Sequence record: ON529853.1
DNA length: 64,000 nt
Direction: 5' to 3' (one strand)
This document shows positions 54,201-62,992 of the stretch, in pieces (the first letter of the stretch is position 1; each line of letters starts with the position of its first letter). Both the position numbers and the translations under genes were made by a program. Below the pieces are notes generated by a model. The model ran no database searches, had not been told where the DNA came from, and worked only from the letters and a program-made list of their open reading frames with translations.

Positions 54201-56431
54201 CCGTACTCGCCGTAGTAGTAGCCGCCGGAGCCGCTGTAAGATGCGCCGCCGACGCCGCCGCCCGCGCCCGCGACCGCCACAAGCACGTCGTTGATGTAGA
54301 TGCGCGTCGAGCCGCCGCCGCCGCCGCCGCAATAGGACGTCGAGGCGTAACCGCCGTGGCCGCCGTCGGGCCAGCCGCCGAGGCCGCCTTCAGTGATCGC
54401 CGAGGGCTTGCGCCCGCCTTGGCCCACTTCGACCTTGACGGTGTCGCCGGCCTTGACCGGGATCGCGACGTGCGTGAAGCCGCCCGCGCCGGCGTAGCGG
54501 GTGCCCGAGGTGCTGTATCCGCCCGCGCCGCCCGCGCCCCAAAGCTTGGCTTCCAGGAGAGAATCCTGAGCGACCGTGTATTCCTTGGCGGCCCCCTGGA
54601 AAGCGAGGGAGGTCTTGCCGGACGGCAACTCAGGCGTGGGCGGCGGCGGTTCGACGCTCAGGATCGCGAGGCCGTTGCCGCCGGGAGCCGCCTGGTTCGT
54701 GGGCGCGCTCTGCGGAGAGCCGACCGCCACGCCAGCGACGTAATCCGGGTCCGACGTCGACGGCGGGGTGGGTCCCGTGCCTTTGGTCAGTACCGCAAGA
54801 TCAACGGTGGGATGCGTGTAGGACGAGCCGCCGCCAGCGCCGGAAGAGTTGGTGGACGCCAGGCCCGACGACCCGCCGCCGCCATAATAGCCGCCGCCGC
54901 CGCCCGCGCCCACGTTGCCGCTGGAGTTGGAGGTCGTGACCGGATAGGAGACGCCGCCGCCCGAACCGCCTTTCAGGTAGCCGCCCGAGGACTGGACGTC
55001 GGTCGTGCGTTGCAGGTTGACGCCGCCCGCGCTCTGCGAGCCGCCGGTGCCGCGCCAGGCGCCGTTCGTCTCGCCGTCCGAGGCGACCAAACCGCCGCCC
55101 GCGCCGCCGTAGCCGCGCGACGACGTCGAATTTTCATTGACGCTGCCGCCGCCGCCGCCGCCCGCCACGGCGATCAGGGCACCGTTGCGATACAGGCGCG
55201 TAGAACCGCCGCCGGAGCCTGCGGAGCGGGTGTCCTGCTGGAAGCCGCCGCGCCCGCCGTCGGGCCAGCCGCCGTTGCCTGCGCCCGAGCCGATGGCGCC
55301 GTTATTGGAGCCGCCTGAAGCGACTTCCAGGGTCAGGATGTCGCCGGCGCTGAAGCGCGCTACGCCCGAGACGAAGCCGCCGGGACCGCCGTAAGAGGCT
55401 TCGCGCGAAACGATGACGGAGCCGCCCGACCCGCCGCCGCCCCACAGCTTGAAGGCGATCTGACAATCCTGCGGGATTTCGTAGGTCTTGGCCGAGCCCG
55501 TGTAGGGCATGGCGTGCTTGTTGCCCGGCTCGAAGCTGGGCGGAGCAGGCGGCGCGCCCAGTTCCAGGACCGCCAGGCCGTGGCCGGCGGGGAGCGCCAT
55601 GACGCCCGTGGAGCCGTTGTTGGCCCCGACCGCGACGCCGGCGACGTAGTCAGCGTCGTCTTGCTTCGGCGGCGTTTTACCGACGCCGCCGATGTTGGCG
55701 GGGGATTCGACCGTGGGGGCGAGATACGATGAACCGCCGCCAGCGCCCGACGACAGGTTGGTGGTCCATTGGCCGGAGCCGCCGCCACCGCCATAATAGC
55801 CGCCGCCGCCGCCACCGCCGTTCTTGTTGTCGCCGTTACCGAAGAAGCCGGAGCCGCCCTTGCGCGCCGCGCCCTGCTTGGCGGCGTTGTTGGACGGGTT
55901 GGAGAACCCGCCCGCTGACTGCGTGCCGCCCAGGCCTGCCCAACCCGCCGTCCCGAAGCCGTCTTGTCCCACGAGACCGCCGCCGGCGCCGGAGTAACCC
56001 AGGGCCACCGTGGTGCCGGTTTCATTGTGGTTGGCGCCGCCGCCGCCGCCCGCGATCGCCACCAGGACGTCGTTGATGTAGAGGCGCGTCGAGCCGCCGC
56101 CGCCGCCTGCGGCGCGAATGGTGAAGGCGTAACCCCCTTCGCCGCCGTCAGGCCAGCCGCCCGGCGAGGTTTTGGTGCCGGTGAGGGGATCGGTGGTTCC
56201 GCCGCCCCCGACCTCGACCTTGACGACGTCGCCGGCCGCCACCAGAATCAGACCCGAGACCCAGCCGCCGGCGCCGCCGTAGCCGACGCGGGGCGCAACG
56301 TTCGAGGCGTTCGAACCGCCGCCGCCGCCGCCCCACAGCTTGAAGGTCAGCGCGCCGGCCGAAGCGGCGGTGAAGGTCTGGGCGGCGCCGGTGAAGCTGA
56401 CCTTGGTTTTGCCGGTGGTAAGATCAGCCAT
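48287..56431 (-). CDS. Giant glycine-rich repeat protein (~2714 aa, 7 modules); putative fibre or filament
   Basis: Seven ~295-aa modules starting xLWGGGG, with GGWPDGG, GGGGSTR, GGGGGYYGGG and DYVAGV; SD GAGG before ATG 56431. Confidence 0.85.
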   Translation of the reverse strand: MADLTTGKTKVSFTGAAQTFTAASAGALTFKLWGGGGGGSNASNVAPRVGYGGAGGWVSGLILVAAGDVVKVEVGGGGTTDPLTGTKTSPGGWPDGGEGGYAFTIRAAGGGGGSTRLYINDVLVAIAGGGGGANHNETGTTVALGYSGAGGGLVGQDGFGTAGWAGLGGTQSAGGFSNPSNNAAKQGAARKGGSGFFGNGDNKNGGGGGGGYYGGGGGSGQWTTNLSSGAGGGSSYLAPTVESPANIGGVGKTPPKQDDADYVAGVAVGANNGSTGVMALPAGHGLAVLELGAPPAPPSFEPGNKHAMPYTGSAKTYEIPQDCQIAFKLWGGGGSGGSVIVSREASYGGPGGFVSGVARFSAGDILTLEVASGGSNNGAIGSGAGNGGWPDGGRGGFQQDTRSAGSGGGSTRLYRNGALIAVAGGGGGGSVNENSTSSRGYGGAGGGLVASDGETNGAWRGTGGSQSAGGVNLQRTTDVQSSGGYLKGGSGGGVSYPVTTSNSSGNVGAGGGGGYYGGGGSSGLASTNSSGAGGGSSYTHPTVDLAVLTKGTGPTPPSTSDPDYVAGVAVGSPQSAPTNQAAPGGNGLAILSVEPPPPTPELPSGKTSLAFQGAAKEYTVAQDSLLEAKLWGAGGAGGYSTSGTRYAGAGGFTHVAIPVKAGDTVKVEVGQGGRKPSAITEGGLGGWPDGGHGGYASTSYCGGGGGGSTRIYINDVLVAVAGAGGGVGGASYSGSGGYYYGEYGGGANYGAGGSQAAGGFAVGRYGDAVATGGLLRGGHGYGEGQDRTTADTRNGGGGGGGYYGGGSGGSGAGSAGGSSYVHPGYDGYTLRWNNGKVGGTETGAASTTGSNGAPNATDPDYIAGVASSGYGTTNLATTTNGGDGLAVLALVAKQTVAPERTRLYTGAEVQTWTATKPGKVTIRAWGAGAGGVAGTGTLANGGAGGMVSFTRNVVPGDTFSFQVAQGGRGPTPTAGGLGGWPDGGNGAMGSTAIGWGGGGGSTRIYFNSSLLAVAGGAGAAGAGLNTATGGGGGGETGGEGSPNNNGNLANGRGGTQTAGGTNKAYPADTSYTGGYLQGGNGYPTGGSPESVGEGMGPGGGGGYYGGGGGCDTLAGAVTVAGGGGGGSSLAPENSTNATASLTVTPPGADLPEYVTGVARPASASAVLTQPWVTMGGDGQVFIRFDETPPATPLEPTTLVQGTNVFSHTATARTITITQKGTINVNLWGGGGAGPTVGTFRAGGAGGYVSAAVDVDPGDSLRVEVGQGGQAFSPTGGGRGGWPDGGDGARLSGAVGWGGGGGSTRLYKNDVLIMVAGGGGGGGGGSSVAEAGGAGGGANGGPTNNLNLKYGTGGTQSAGGVNTAAPADASYSGGYLRGGNGFRVNNARYSTGSLGNGLTTGPGGGGGYYGGGSGTANTAGIAGSAGGGSHLIPANGSGVVGLGGTGVPGFVAGTSLGSGGTTTLAQNPAPGGDGLAVLNYLIPLDLPTGKTALDCIRSERLFKVTTAGLLTVKLWGGGGSGAVRGTVTTPGVAGAGAFSQAEFLVKPGDIVQVDVASGGGAPAPTDMAAGLGGWPDGGRGGKYEAAGTNLAGSGGGSSRVWVNGVLQLVAAGGGGGNSWYSAAVPGDGGAGGARIGVTGVGPSNTIGGGGRDYRGGLVRTRLPTSISTGAYLYGGHGYPDGSTADTAAAAAAGPGGGGGYYGGAAGLNLAAATAGGAGGGSSYGGPQAYNHRLESGAGRNPPRQNDVDYVAGVGVGGAQALKATILPGGDGRAVMEFAPGAALAPLTLGETLLPGDRQGSRDYITTFEGGVNLTLWGGGGSASQLVNNTIARTSLGGAGGLLSGVVLFQSGDHLRFEVGQGGATPRDFMGAYGGWPDGGGGGAGSYAMGAGGGSTRVWRNGVLVAIAGGGGGGAGVAARPGGFGGGLSGGAGLGGTVYAGAGGSQTAGGVGATNTGGNGNGAYLRGGDGFPLEASEGGAGGSGGVASGAGGGGGYYGGGGAAGNNGTASGAAGGGSAFLGELLTDGVTQTSTTGTPAGADHPSYLPGTAVGGTPNFFVEPAFAGGPGLAALSVFEGGLSIPALVNITSIGTVQVTSTVGAGEGSKAANASGSLPVVTVVPPVGAISMGAQGSGDLGETILMMDPQATAQGGIGAYLPTIYVSGDLGGQPQTDAVVVTGLGEDLYYPFPPTVDLEAGANIKLEETLAVTLQPMNYILGAGFEMFDPLEISLSPIEGEMGVADMWVGEVDSVVSLTPPDGFAEGSAGWKPTPGQQFIWIVRTEAPQGELRGPNETASVDFGGPIQITTLDGLGELPVTYTTAPFDNDISIAFAVGDATGAANAIVSNGQAGGPFATIRVGMSGDPLIEVTASVSRDLGLILVGTPQAAFSRNALVRINYFDRIYVNPPRGFAAELTAAVVDGDLSDSVILVSPPESEGSGGTSATGALPTLYLQPPEGYVEDGDGVLVSGSGGVVIRYKRTLVQGNVPVALEPLEIALNETDGLLFATDQSGTMQSRPLGRIARGGVAPEGGAPGDILYADGTWRSPAPVYDAPVLLPARAGDHYLTDCGLDASADQPPVGKVVYRPFFLPRQTRFSRFGVTTAVASAGTIRFGVCQWDPATQTPGDVALSVQVSAAGAVGPKPVEQAVTLSAGWHAAMIAVTGVAPVLTTRRVPQSRASDMALVGDLSAPDTGNLLDAPAPSAREALAVAYVWATA

Positions 56432-56454
56432 CAGCAAGCCTCAGACGCAGAAAG

Positions 56455-56565
56455 GCGCCCGGCGACGAACGCCGGGCGCGAAAAGGTTTGGAAAGAGCGG
56501 GGGAGACGCGCCGTCACAGCAGACCAAAGGTGAACCGAAGCCCGTCTTGTAGCACAAGACGGGCT
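56455..56565 (-). terminator. Two GC-rich hairpins between the structural genes and the giant protein
   Basis: 10-bp stem 56455-56479 followed by CTTTCT on the minus strand; 11-bp stem 56539-56565. Confidence 0.5.
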
Positions 56566-56596
56566 CGATTGCCAGGAATTACGGCAGCGACTGCTG

Positions 56597-57010
56597 TTAG
56601 TTCTGGAAGCGCAGGGGCGCCGAGAAGGTCACAGCGAACGAGGCGTTCGTCGACGAGATTTCCTGGTTGAAATCGACGTAGGCGACCAGCGGGTTGGCTG
56701 CGGCGGCGCCGGCGGCGAAGTAGATCACCGCGCCGCGCGCCGTCACCGTGGCGTTGGACCAGGCGACGTTGGAGAAGGACAGGTCGACGCGGTTGCTGAC
56801 GTTGTCCTTGGAGACCGTCACGGTGGTGCCCTGTCCGCCGGCGGTGTAGCCGGTGCCGGTCACCTCATTGGTGACGTCCGTCATGCGCGTGTGCGACTTC
56901 ACGGCGTTGTATCCGGCGCCGACCAGCGCGACTTTGAAGCCGGTGACGTCGAATTCAAGGTCCCCTTTGCAGAGGTCCTCGATCATGGAGTTGTAAACGA
57001 GAGAGGCCAT
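56597..57010 (-). CDS. Conserved phage virion protein (137 aa)
   Basis: FKVALV...NEVTGTGYTAGG...VAWSNATVTARGAVIY...LVAYVDF motif common in virion proteins. Confidence 0.75.
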   Translation of the reverse strand: MASLVYNSMIEDLCKGDLEFDVTGFKVALVGAGYNAVKSHTRMTDVTNEVTGTGYTAGGQGTTVTVSKDNVSNRVDLSFSNVAWSNATVTARGAVIYFAAGAAAANPLVAYVDFNQEISSTNASFAVTFSAPLRFQN

Positions 57011-57062
57011 GGGGTTTCTGTCTCCTAGAGGCCGTTAAAGTTGAGTTCCGACCGGCCCCCGG

Positions 57063-57752
57063 TCAGAAAGTTCCGCCGTCAATCTTGACGTTGGTGAGGG
57101 TCACGCCATCCAGGATTCCACCGGTGACGTTGATGCTGTCGGCGTCCTGGAGCGCCATGGTGCCGAGGTCGCCAGGGGTGCCCGAGCCGGACCCGACGCC
57201 GGTTGCGCCGATGTAGCGGTAGGCCTCGAAGTAGACGCCGTGGCTGGCGACCGAGACCGCGCCGGTCCCGATCGTGGCGGTCTTGCCTGCCGGGATCGTG
57301 CCCGTGAAAATCAGAACCCCGGCGGCGTAGTCGAACACCCACTCTTCATCGGTGGTGTCCGGGAAGATGCGGGCCGCCGGGCCGACGTTGGGGTCGCCGA
57401 TGAAGACCTTGACCGCGTAGCCGGAGCCGAAGGTCGGGGCGATGAAGTTGTTCGCCCGCGAAGCGATGTCGCCGTGGGCGGTGGTCGCCAGCCAGGCCAC
57501 GTTCGCCGGCGAGGTCGGATCAGCCGTGGCGCGGATGCGCTGGGCGCCGGCGTAGGCCTGGATGAAGGCGTTCGCGACCGGCGTGGCCGGGATGTCATCC
57601 CCCTGCTGCCACACCGTCGACGGCAGCACCGGGGACGGCGAGGCGATCGTCTCGTTCGAGCCGAACTTGAGCGCCGCGCCGGCCGTCTTGGTGACGCCGA
57701 AGATGATCTTCTTCCAGAGGAAGTCGATCTTTTCGCTGTCGAGAATCGCCAT
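57063..57752 (-). CDS. Virion accessory protein, domain A only (229 aa)
   Basis: MAILDSEKIDFLWKK; paralogous to the N-terminus of 57765-59936. Confidence 0.8.
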   Translation of the reverse strand: MAILDSEKIDFLWKKIIFGVTKTAGAALKFGSNETIASPSPVLPSTVWQQGDDIPATPVANAFIQAYAGAQRIRATADPTSPANVAWLATTAHGDIASRANNFIAPTFGSGYAVKVFIGDPNVGPAARIFPDTTDEEWVFDYAAGVLIFTGTIPAGKTATIGTGAVSVASHGVYFEAYRYIGATGVGSGSGTPGDLGTMALQDADSINVTGGILDGVTLTNVKIDGGTF

Positions 57753-57764
57753 CGTCCGCGCGCC

Positions 57765-59936
57765 TTAGTTCGTGAACGACAGCGCGGTGATGGACTGCCC
57801 CGCGTTCAGGCGGAAGCGGACGAGGATTTCGTTGCCCGTGGCGTTCGTCGACGACTGCGTGCCGAAGGTGATCTGGAACGCGCCCGTCCCGCCGGTCATG
57901 ACCGAACCCAGGGCGCAGCCCGCGTCCGTATCGCCGGCTTCGCCGGGGACGCCGGCGCCGTCGTAGGGCTTGAAGGCGTTCCACCAGCCGTTCGGTGCGT
58001 TGGGCGCACTGTCCGAAGCGCCGGGCAGTTTGATGCGGCAGTCGGCGTAGGTGCCGGTGACGTTGATCTTGAAGGCCGACAGGGCCGCGCGGTTGAAGCT
58101 GAAGGTGGCGTACTGCTCGCCCGAGCGGCCGACCGACATGTTGGGGCCGGCGGGCAGGTAGGCGCTGTAATCGGTCTGGTCGTGCTTCAGCACGCCGCCG
58201 ACCACCAGGGCCTCATGGGTCGCCGGGGTGGGCGTGGAATCCCAGGTCGCGGCGGCGCCGGCGGGGGTCGGGCCGGCGGCAAGCGACTTGCGCACGGCGG
58301 CGTTGCTGTTGGGTGCAGAGCCCAGGCCGCTGACCGGGACGGACATCTCGTTGATGCGGCTTCCGGCAGCGCCGCGCTTGACCAGGATGTTCTTGGCCTG
58401 GATCGTCGTGGCGGCGGTCGCCCCGTTGACGTTGCGGGCCGTGGCCTGGAGAACGCCGACGTTGTGGACGTTCGTCCCGTCGATCGCCACGGTCGCCGGG
58501 GTGATGGCGACCGCCGCGACGTCGCCGCGCGCCATGGGCGTCGTGATGCCCAGGGCGGCGTAGCCCAGGGTGTCCGCCGAGATGATCCCGTTGGTGCCCG
58601 AGATCACCAGCGGGTCCGCGCCGCCGTAGTAGGTCTCGCCCGGAACCAGGTTGGCGAGCGTCAGACCGACCGTCAGGGTCGCGTTGTCGCCGTAGTGCGG
58701 CACGCCCGAGGAATAGGCCAGCGTACCGGCGGCGGCCTGGACGACCGTGCCGGCCGAGATGGTCGGGTTGCCGGCGCCGGCGTCGCGTACGAAGAAGACC
58801 TCATTGGTCTGGCCCGCGCCGGAGTGGGCGATGCGCGCCTTGTTGACGCCGATCAGCGCCGCGAAGCCGGTCAGGCTGACGTCGATGGATTTCCAGAAGC
58901 CCGGCGTGGCGGCGGGGAAGTCTTTCTGATCGGCGATCGTCAGACCGTCGGTCGTGCCGTTGTCGGCCGTCCCCGTGAGGACCTTGGTGGCGACCACGAC
59001 GCCGTTGAGCGAGGCCGTGATGGAGCCCGCGTCGCCGGGACCGACGTCGCCGAACACGTTCGAGTTCACCCCGGCGGCGGTGATGCGCGTGACGGTGTCG
59101 CCCGCGACCAGGGTCGAGGCGGCGTGATCGGTCACGCCGGTCGCCAGGCGCGGAGAGTTTCCAGCGGCGTTCGCCACCGACAGGGCGCCGTTCGGGAACA
59201 TCGGCGGCTGGCTCGGGACCAGCTTGCCCAGAACCTCGTTGAGGCGATCCACGGCTTCCGACACCGGCGTGGCGTCGTCCAGCGGCACAGCGCCCGGCGT
59301 CCAGGACCCGTCTCCATGGGCGACGATGTCGCCCAGGGGCAGTTCAAAGCCGTCCGAGGCGCCCGACTTGGGGATGCCGCGCAGGCCTTGATACTGGTAG
59401 GCCTCCAGGTAGATGCCCGAGGTGGCGATGTCGACGGTGCCCGTACCGATCGAGGCCGGCTTGGAGGTCGGAATCGTCGAGGCGAACAACAGGACGCCGG
59501 CGGCGTAGTCGAACACCCACTCTTCATTGGTGGTGTCAGGGAACAGACGGGCGGCCGGTCCCACGGCGGGATCGCCGATGTAGACGCGGGCGGCGTAGCT
59601 GGAGCCGAAGGTCGGCGGGATGAAGTCGGTCAGGCGCGTGTCGATGTCGCCCTGCGTCTCCGTCGCCAGCCAGGTCAGGTTCGGCGTCGAGGTCGGGTCG
59701 GTGGTGGCGGCGATGCGGGCCGCGCCCGAGCGCACCTTGACTTCGGTCGTGTCATCGGTCGGCGCGAAGGCCGGGATCAGGTCGGTCGCGCCCCAGATCG
59801 ATTCCGGATAAACTGGCGACGGCGACGGGATGGTTTCGTTGGAGCCGGCCTTGTCGGCCGCCTTGGCCGACTTGGTCGTGCCAAAGCCGATCTTCTTCCA
59901 CAGAAGGTCCAGCTTCTCAGAGTCTACAATTGCCAT
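57765..59936 (-). CDS. Virion accessory protein, domains A+B (723 aa)
   Basis: MAIVDSEKLDLLWKK...GDGSWTPGAVPL...QITFGTQSSTNATGNEILVRF. Confidence 0.8.
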   Translation of the reverse strand: MAIVDSEKLDLLWKKIGFGTTKSAKAADKAGSNETIPSPSPVYPESIWGATDLIPAFAPTDDTTEVKVRSGAARIAATTDPTSTPNLTWLATETQGDIDTRLTDFIPPTFGSSYAARVYIGDPAVGPAARLFPDTTNEEWVFDYAAGVLLFASTIPTSKPASIGTGTVDIATSGIYLEAYQYQGLRGIPKSGASDGFELPLGDIVAHGDGSWTPGAVPLDDATPVSEAVDRLNEVLGKLVPSQPPMFPNGALSVANAAGNSPRLATGVTDHAASTLVAGDTVTRITAAGVNSNVFGDVGPGDAGSITASLNGVVVATKVLTGTADNGTTDGLTIADQKDFPAATPGFWKSIDVSLTGFAALIGVNKARIAHSGAGQTNEVFFVRDAGAGNPTISAGTVVQAAAGTLAYSSGVPHYGDNATLTVGLTLANLVPGETYYGGADPLVISGTNGIISADTLGYAALGITTPMARGDVAAVAITPATVAIDGTNVHNVGVLQATARNVNGATAATTIQAKNILVKRGAAGSRINEMSVPVSGLGSAPNSNAAVRKSLAAGPTPAGAAATWDSTPTPATHEALVVGGVLKHDQTDYSAYLPAGPNMSVGRSGEQYATFSFNRAALSAFKINVTGTYADCRIKLPGASDSAPNAPNGWWNAFKPYDGAGVPGEAGDTDAGCALGSVMTGGTGAFQITFGTQSSTNATGNEILVRFRLNAGQSITALSFTN

Positions 59937-59948
59937 GCCAGGGCCGCC

Positions 59949-61991
59949 TTAATTCGTGAAGGAGAGCGCGGAGATCGCCTGGCCCTGGACCAGCTTGAAC
60001 CGCACGAGGATGAGATTGTCGGTCGCGTTCGTGGACGACTGCGTGCCGAAGGTAAGGGTGAAGGCGCCCGAGGCGCCCGTCATGACGCTGCCGGAGGCGC
60101 AGCCCGCGAGCGGGTCGCCGGCTTCGCCGGGAACGCCCGCGCCGTCGTAGGGCTTGAAGCCGTCCCACCAGCCGCCCGGCGCGTTGGGCTGCTGATCGGA
60201 GACGCCAGGCAGTTTGACCCAGCAGCCGGCGTAGGCTCCGGTGACGTTGATCTTGAAGGCCGAACGGGCGGCGCGGCGGAAGGCGAAGGTGGCGTATTGC
60301 GCGCCGTCGCGGCCGACCGACAGGTCCGGACCGACGGGCAGGTGGCCTTGAGCGTAGTTCGAGCGGTTGTGCGCCAGCACGCCGGCGACGACCGCCGCCT
60401 CGTGCGCGGGCAGGGCCGTCGCGGCGTCCCAGGAGCCGTGAGGAGCGGCAGGCGTGTCGCCGGCGGCCGTGGACACCCGCACCGCGTTGAGGCCGTTGGG
60501 CAGCGCCCCCAGGCCCGTCACGGGCACGTTCATTTCGTCGAGGCGCGCGCCTGCGGCGCCGCGCTTGATCAGGATGGTCGGTCCGCCCAGGTCGACCGTG
60601 GTCGCGCCGTTGACGTTGCGGGCCACGCCGCTGATCTTGCCGGACAGATGGCCCGAGCCATCGACCGTGATGGTCTGCGGGGTCACGGCCTGGGCCGTCA
60701 GGGTGTTGCGCGGCAGCGGCGCGTCGATCCCGATCGCGGGGACGTAGCTGAAGGTCTTGGTCGCGATCACCGGGCCGGTGAACTGGATCGGGTCGCCGCC
60801 GCCGTAGTAGGTCTCGCCCGCCAGATTGGCGATCGACATGGAGACCGTGAGGGTGGCGCCGTCGCCGTAATGGGGGACGCCCGAGGAATAGACCAGGGTT
60901 CCGGCCGACGCCTGCGTCACCGCGCCCGCGCTGATGGTCGGGCTGGCGGTCAGATCATCACGCATGAAGGTGACGATGTTCGTGGGGCCGGCTTCGGTGT
61001 GGTCGATCTGCGCCGCGTTCAGACCCTGCGGAACGGGGACGCCCGTCAGACGCACGTCGAACGACTTCCAGAAGCCCGGCGTCTCTACCGGGAAATCCTT
61101 CTGATCCGAGATCGTCAGGCCGCCGTAGGTGCCGTTGTCCGACACGCCGTCAAGCAAGCGCGAGGCGACCAGGGCGCCGTTCAGGTAGACTTCGAGTTGG
61201 CCGACATCGCCCGGACCGACATCGTTCAGGGCCGTCGTCTGGACGGCGGAGGCGGTGATGCGCGTGACCGCCGTGCCCGGCGTCAGGGTGGCGGTGGTGT
61301 TGTTGGTGTAGCCTTGGACCAGGCGCGCCTGGTTCCCCGCCGTGTTCGAAACGGCGATGGCCCCGTTCGGGAACATCGGCGGCTGCGACGGGATCAGCTT
61401 GCCCAGGACTTCGTTGAGGCGGTCGACGGCCTCGGAGACCGGGGTTTCGTTGACCAGGGGCACGGCGCCCGGCGTCCAGGAGCCGTCGCCGAACTCGACG
61501 ATGTCACCCAGGACGACATGGAAACCGTCCAGGTTGTCGATCTTGTCGGCGGCGTCTTGCAGGCGGACGTTGACCTTAGAGATCGCCGTGGCGACATCGG
61601 TGGTTTCGTCCAGATCGACGGCGCCGCTTCCCCACAGGCCTTCGCCGGTGTCGGGATCGACGCGATCGCCCAGCGGGATGTTGGTCCCGATGGGCGAGAA
61701 GTTCGCGAGGGCCAGGTTCAGGCGCTGGAGCGCCTCGGCCATGTTGTCGGTCGGTTCCAGCACCACCAGACCGCCGGTCCAGTCGGTGCGGTCGCCCAGG
61801 TAGATTTGATCCGCGTCGCGCGCCTCGGCGACGACGACGCTGACCGAACCGTCAGCCCCATACTCGCCCGCGAACAGAAGGCCGCAGGTGTAACCCTCGT
61901 CTTCCGGCGGGGTCTTGGCGAAGAGGGGGAACGCCCGGTGGGTTTCGACGTCGACTGCGACATCGCCCGTGACGTCGACGAGCAGAGCCAT
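59949..61991 (-). CDS. Virion accessory protein, different N-terminus + domain B (680 aa)
   Basis: MALLVDVTG...GDGSWTPGAVPL...TLTFGTQSSTNATDNLILVRF. Confidence 0.8.
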   Translation of the reverse strand: MALLVDVTGDVAVDVETHRAFPLFAKTPPEDEGYTCGLLFAGEYGADGSVSVVVAEARDADQIYLGDRTDWTGGLVVLEPTDNMAEALQRLNLALANFSPIGTNIPLGDRVDPDTGEGLWGSGAVDLDETTDVATAISKVNVRLQDAADKIDNLDGFHVVLGDIVEFGDGSWTPGAVPLVNETPVSEAVDRLNEVLGKLIPSQPPMFPNGAIAVSNTAGNQARLVQGYTNNTTATLTPGTAVTRITASAVQTTALNDVGPGDVGQLEVYLNGALVASRLLDGVSDNGTYGGLTISDQKDFPVETPGFWKSFDVRLTGVPVPQGLNAAQIDHTEAGPTNIVTFMRDDLTASPTISAGAVTQASAGTLVYSSGVPHYGDGATLTVSMSIANLAGETYYGGGDPIQFTGPVIATKTFSYVPAIGIDAPLPRNTLTAQAVTPQTITVDGSGHLSGKISGVARNVNGATTVDLGGPTILIKRGAAGARLDEMNVPVTGLGALPNGLNAVRVSTAAGDTPAAPHGSWDAATALPAHEAAVVAGVLAHNRSNYAQGHLPVGPDLSVGRDGAQYATFAFRRAARSAFKINVTGAYAGCWVKLPGVSDQQPNAPGGWWDGFKPYDGAGVPGEAGDPLAGCASGSVMTGASGAFTLTFGTQSSTNATDNLILVRFKLVQGQAISALSFTN

Positions 61992-61992
61992 A

Positions 61993-62364
61993 TTAGCGGA
62001 GACGGACCTGGATGTGGTCCTGCGGGATGATGATCCCTTGACCGGATTCGGTGGCCCGCGAAGTGCGCAGGCGGCCGTAGAGGACCATGTCCCCTTCGGC
62101 GTCGAAGATAGCGAAGTAGTTGACCTGGACCCAGTCGTTGATCGCCGGACCGAAGGCCAGCGGTCCAACCGAAGTCAGGTTGGTGATGCCGGCGGCGACG
62201 GTCTTGGCGAGCGTGATCGGCTGGCGAGCGTAACCGAGGTCCGCCGCCGGTTCGACGATCAGCGTGCCGTCAGGCTCGGGTGCAGACGCGAGCAGGCCCA
62301 GGGTGAGATCATCACCCCAGGCCGCGATGATCGCGTCGTGAGTCTTATACGACAGGTTGGGCAC
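61993..62364 (-). CDS. Phage tail/virion protein (123 aa)
   Basis: LGLLASAP...GYARQPI...AFGPA..DWVQVNYFAIFDAEGDM motif. Confidence 0.7.
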   Translation of the reverse strand: MPNLSYKTHDAIIAAWGDDLTLGLLASAPEPDGTLIVEPAADLGYARQPITLAKTVAAGITNLTSVGPLAFGPAINDWVQVNYFAIFDAEGDMVLYGRLRTSRATESGQGIIIPQDHIQVRLR

Positions 62365-62375
62365 GGTGGAGGGCC

Positions 62376-62924
62376 TTACTTGACCTTGCGACCGCGACGG
62401 GGGGTCTTGGCGACGGTGGTCGTGTCGGCGGCGTCTTCGACAGCCGGGACGTCGATGGCGTCTTCATCGTCCAGGTCGGAGGCGTCTTCCGCCGGGGCGG
62501 CGGAGAAGTCCTTGACGGCGGGCTCCGGCAGATGCGCGGCGGCGGCGGCCGCTGCGGCGGCCTTGGCCTGCACCTCAGCCTGAGCGACCAGCGCGGCTTG
62601 AGCGGCGGCGGCTTCCAGGGCTTGTTGCTGGGCGATCGCTGCGGCCATGGCGGCTTGCTGCTGTTGCAGGGCCTGGGCGGCCTGGGACGCGGCCGGCGAC
62701 TGACCATTCTCGTCCTTGCCGGTGGCGCGGTCGAGCACGCGCTGCGAGGGCGCGGGGCCTTCCGGCGGGGTCACGGTGGCGAAGGGGGCGTAGGCGGCGG
62801 GGTTCGCCGGCACGAAGCGCGACCAGGTGTAACCGGCGCCCACGACGAGGTCACGCGCGTTGGGGCGGGTGTGCTTCTCGGGGTTGCCGTTGGGGTCGTA
62901 GATGATGACGGTGTTGTCGGCCAT
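62376..62924 (-). CDS. Ala/Gln-rich hypothetical protein (182 aa)
   Basis: MADNTVIIYDPNGNPE; first gene after the promoter at 62993-63026. Confidence 0.7.
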   Translation of the reverse strand: MADNTVIIYDPNGNPEKHTRPNARDLVVGAGYTWSRFVPANPAAYAPFATVTPPEGPAPSQRVLDRATGKDENGQSPAASQAAQALQQQQAAMAAAIAQQQALEAAAAQAALVAQAEVQAKAAAAAAAAAHLPEPAVKDFSAAPAEDASDLDDEDAIDVPAVEDAADTTTVAKTPRRGRKVK

Positions 62925-62992
62925 GTGCGGCGTAAATCCTGCGTATCGGGTAGATGCGAAAAAGGGCGCAGTCGAGCCGCGCGAGACTAGGC

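Noticed and set aside
48287-56431. (GCC)n tracts as microsatellites or phase-variation sites
   Set aside because: They are in-frame polyglycine codons in conserved modules; no frameshift seen.
57240-62030. 1596-aa plus-strand ORF
   Set aside because: Antisense shadow of three GC-rich minus-strand genes; Arg/Gly-rich with no motifs.
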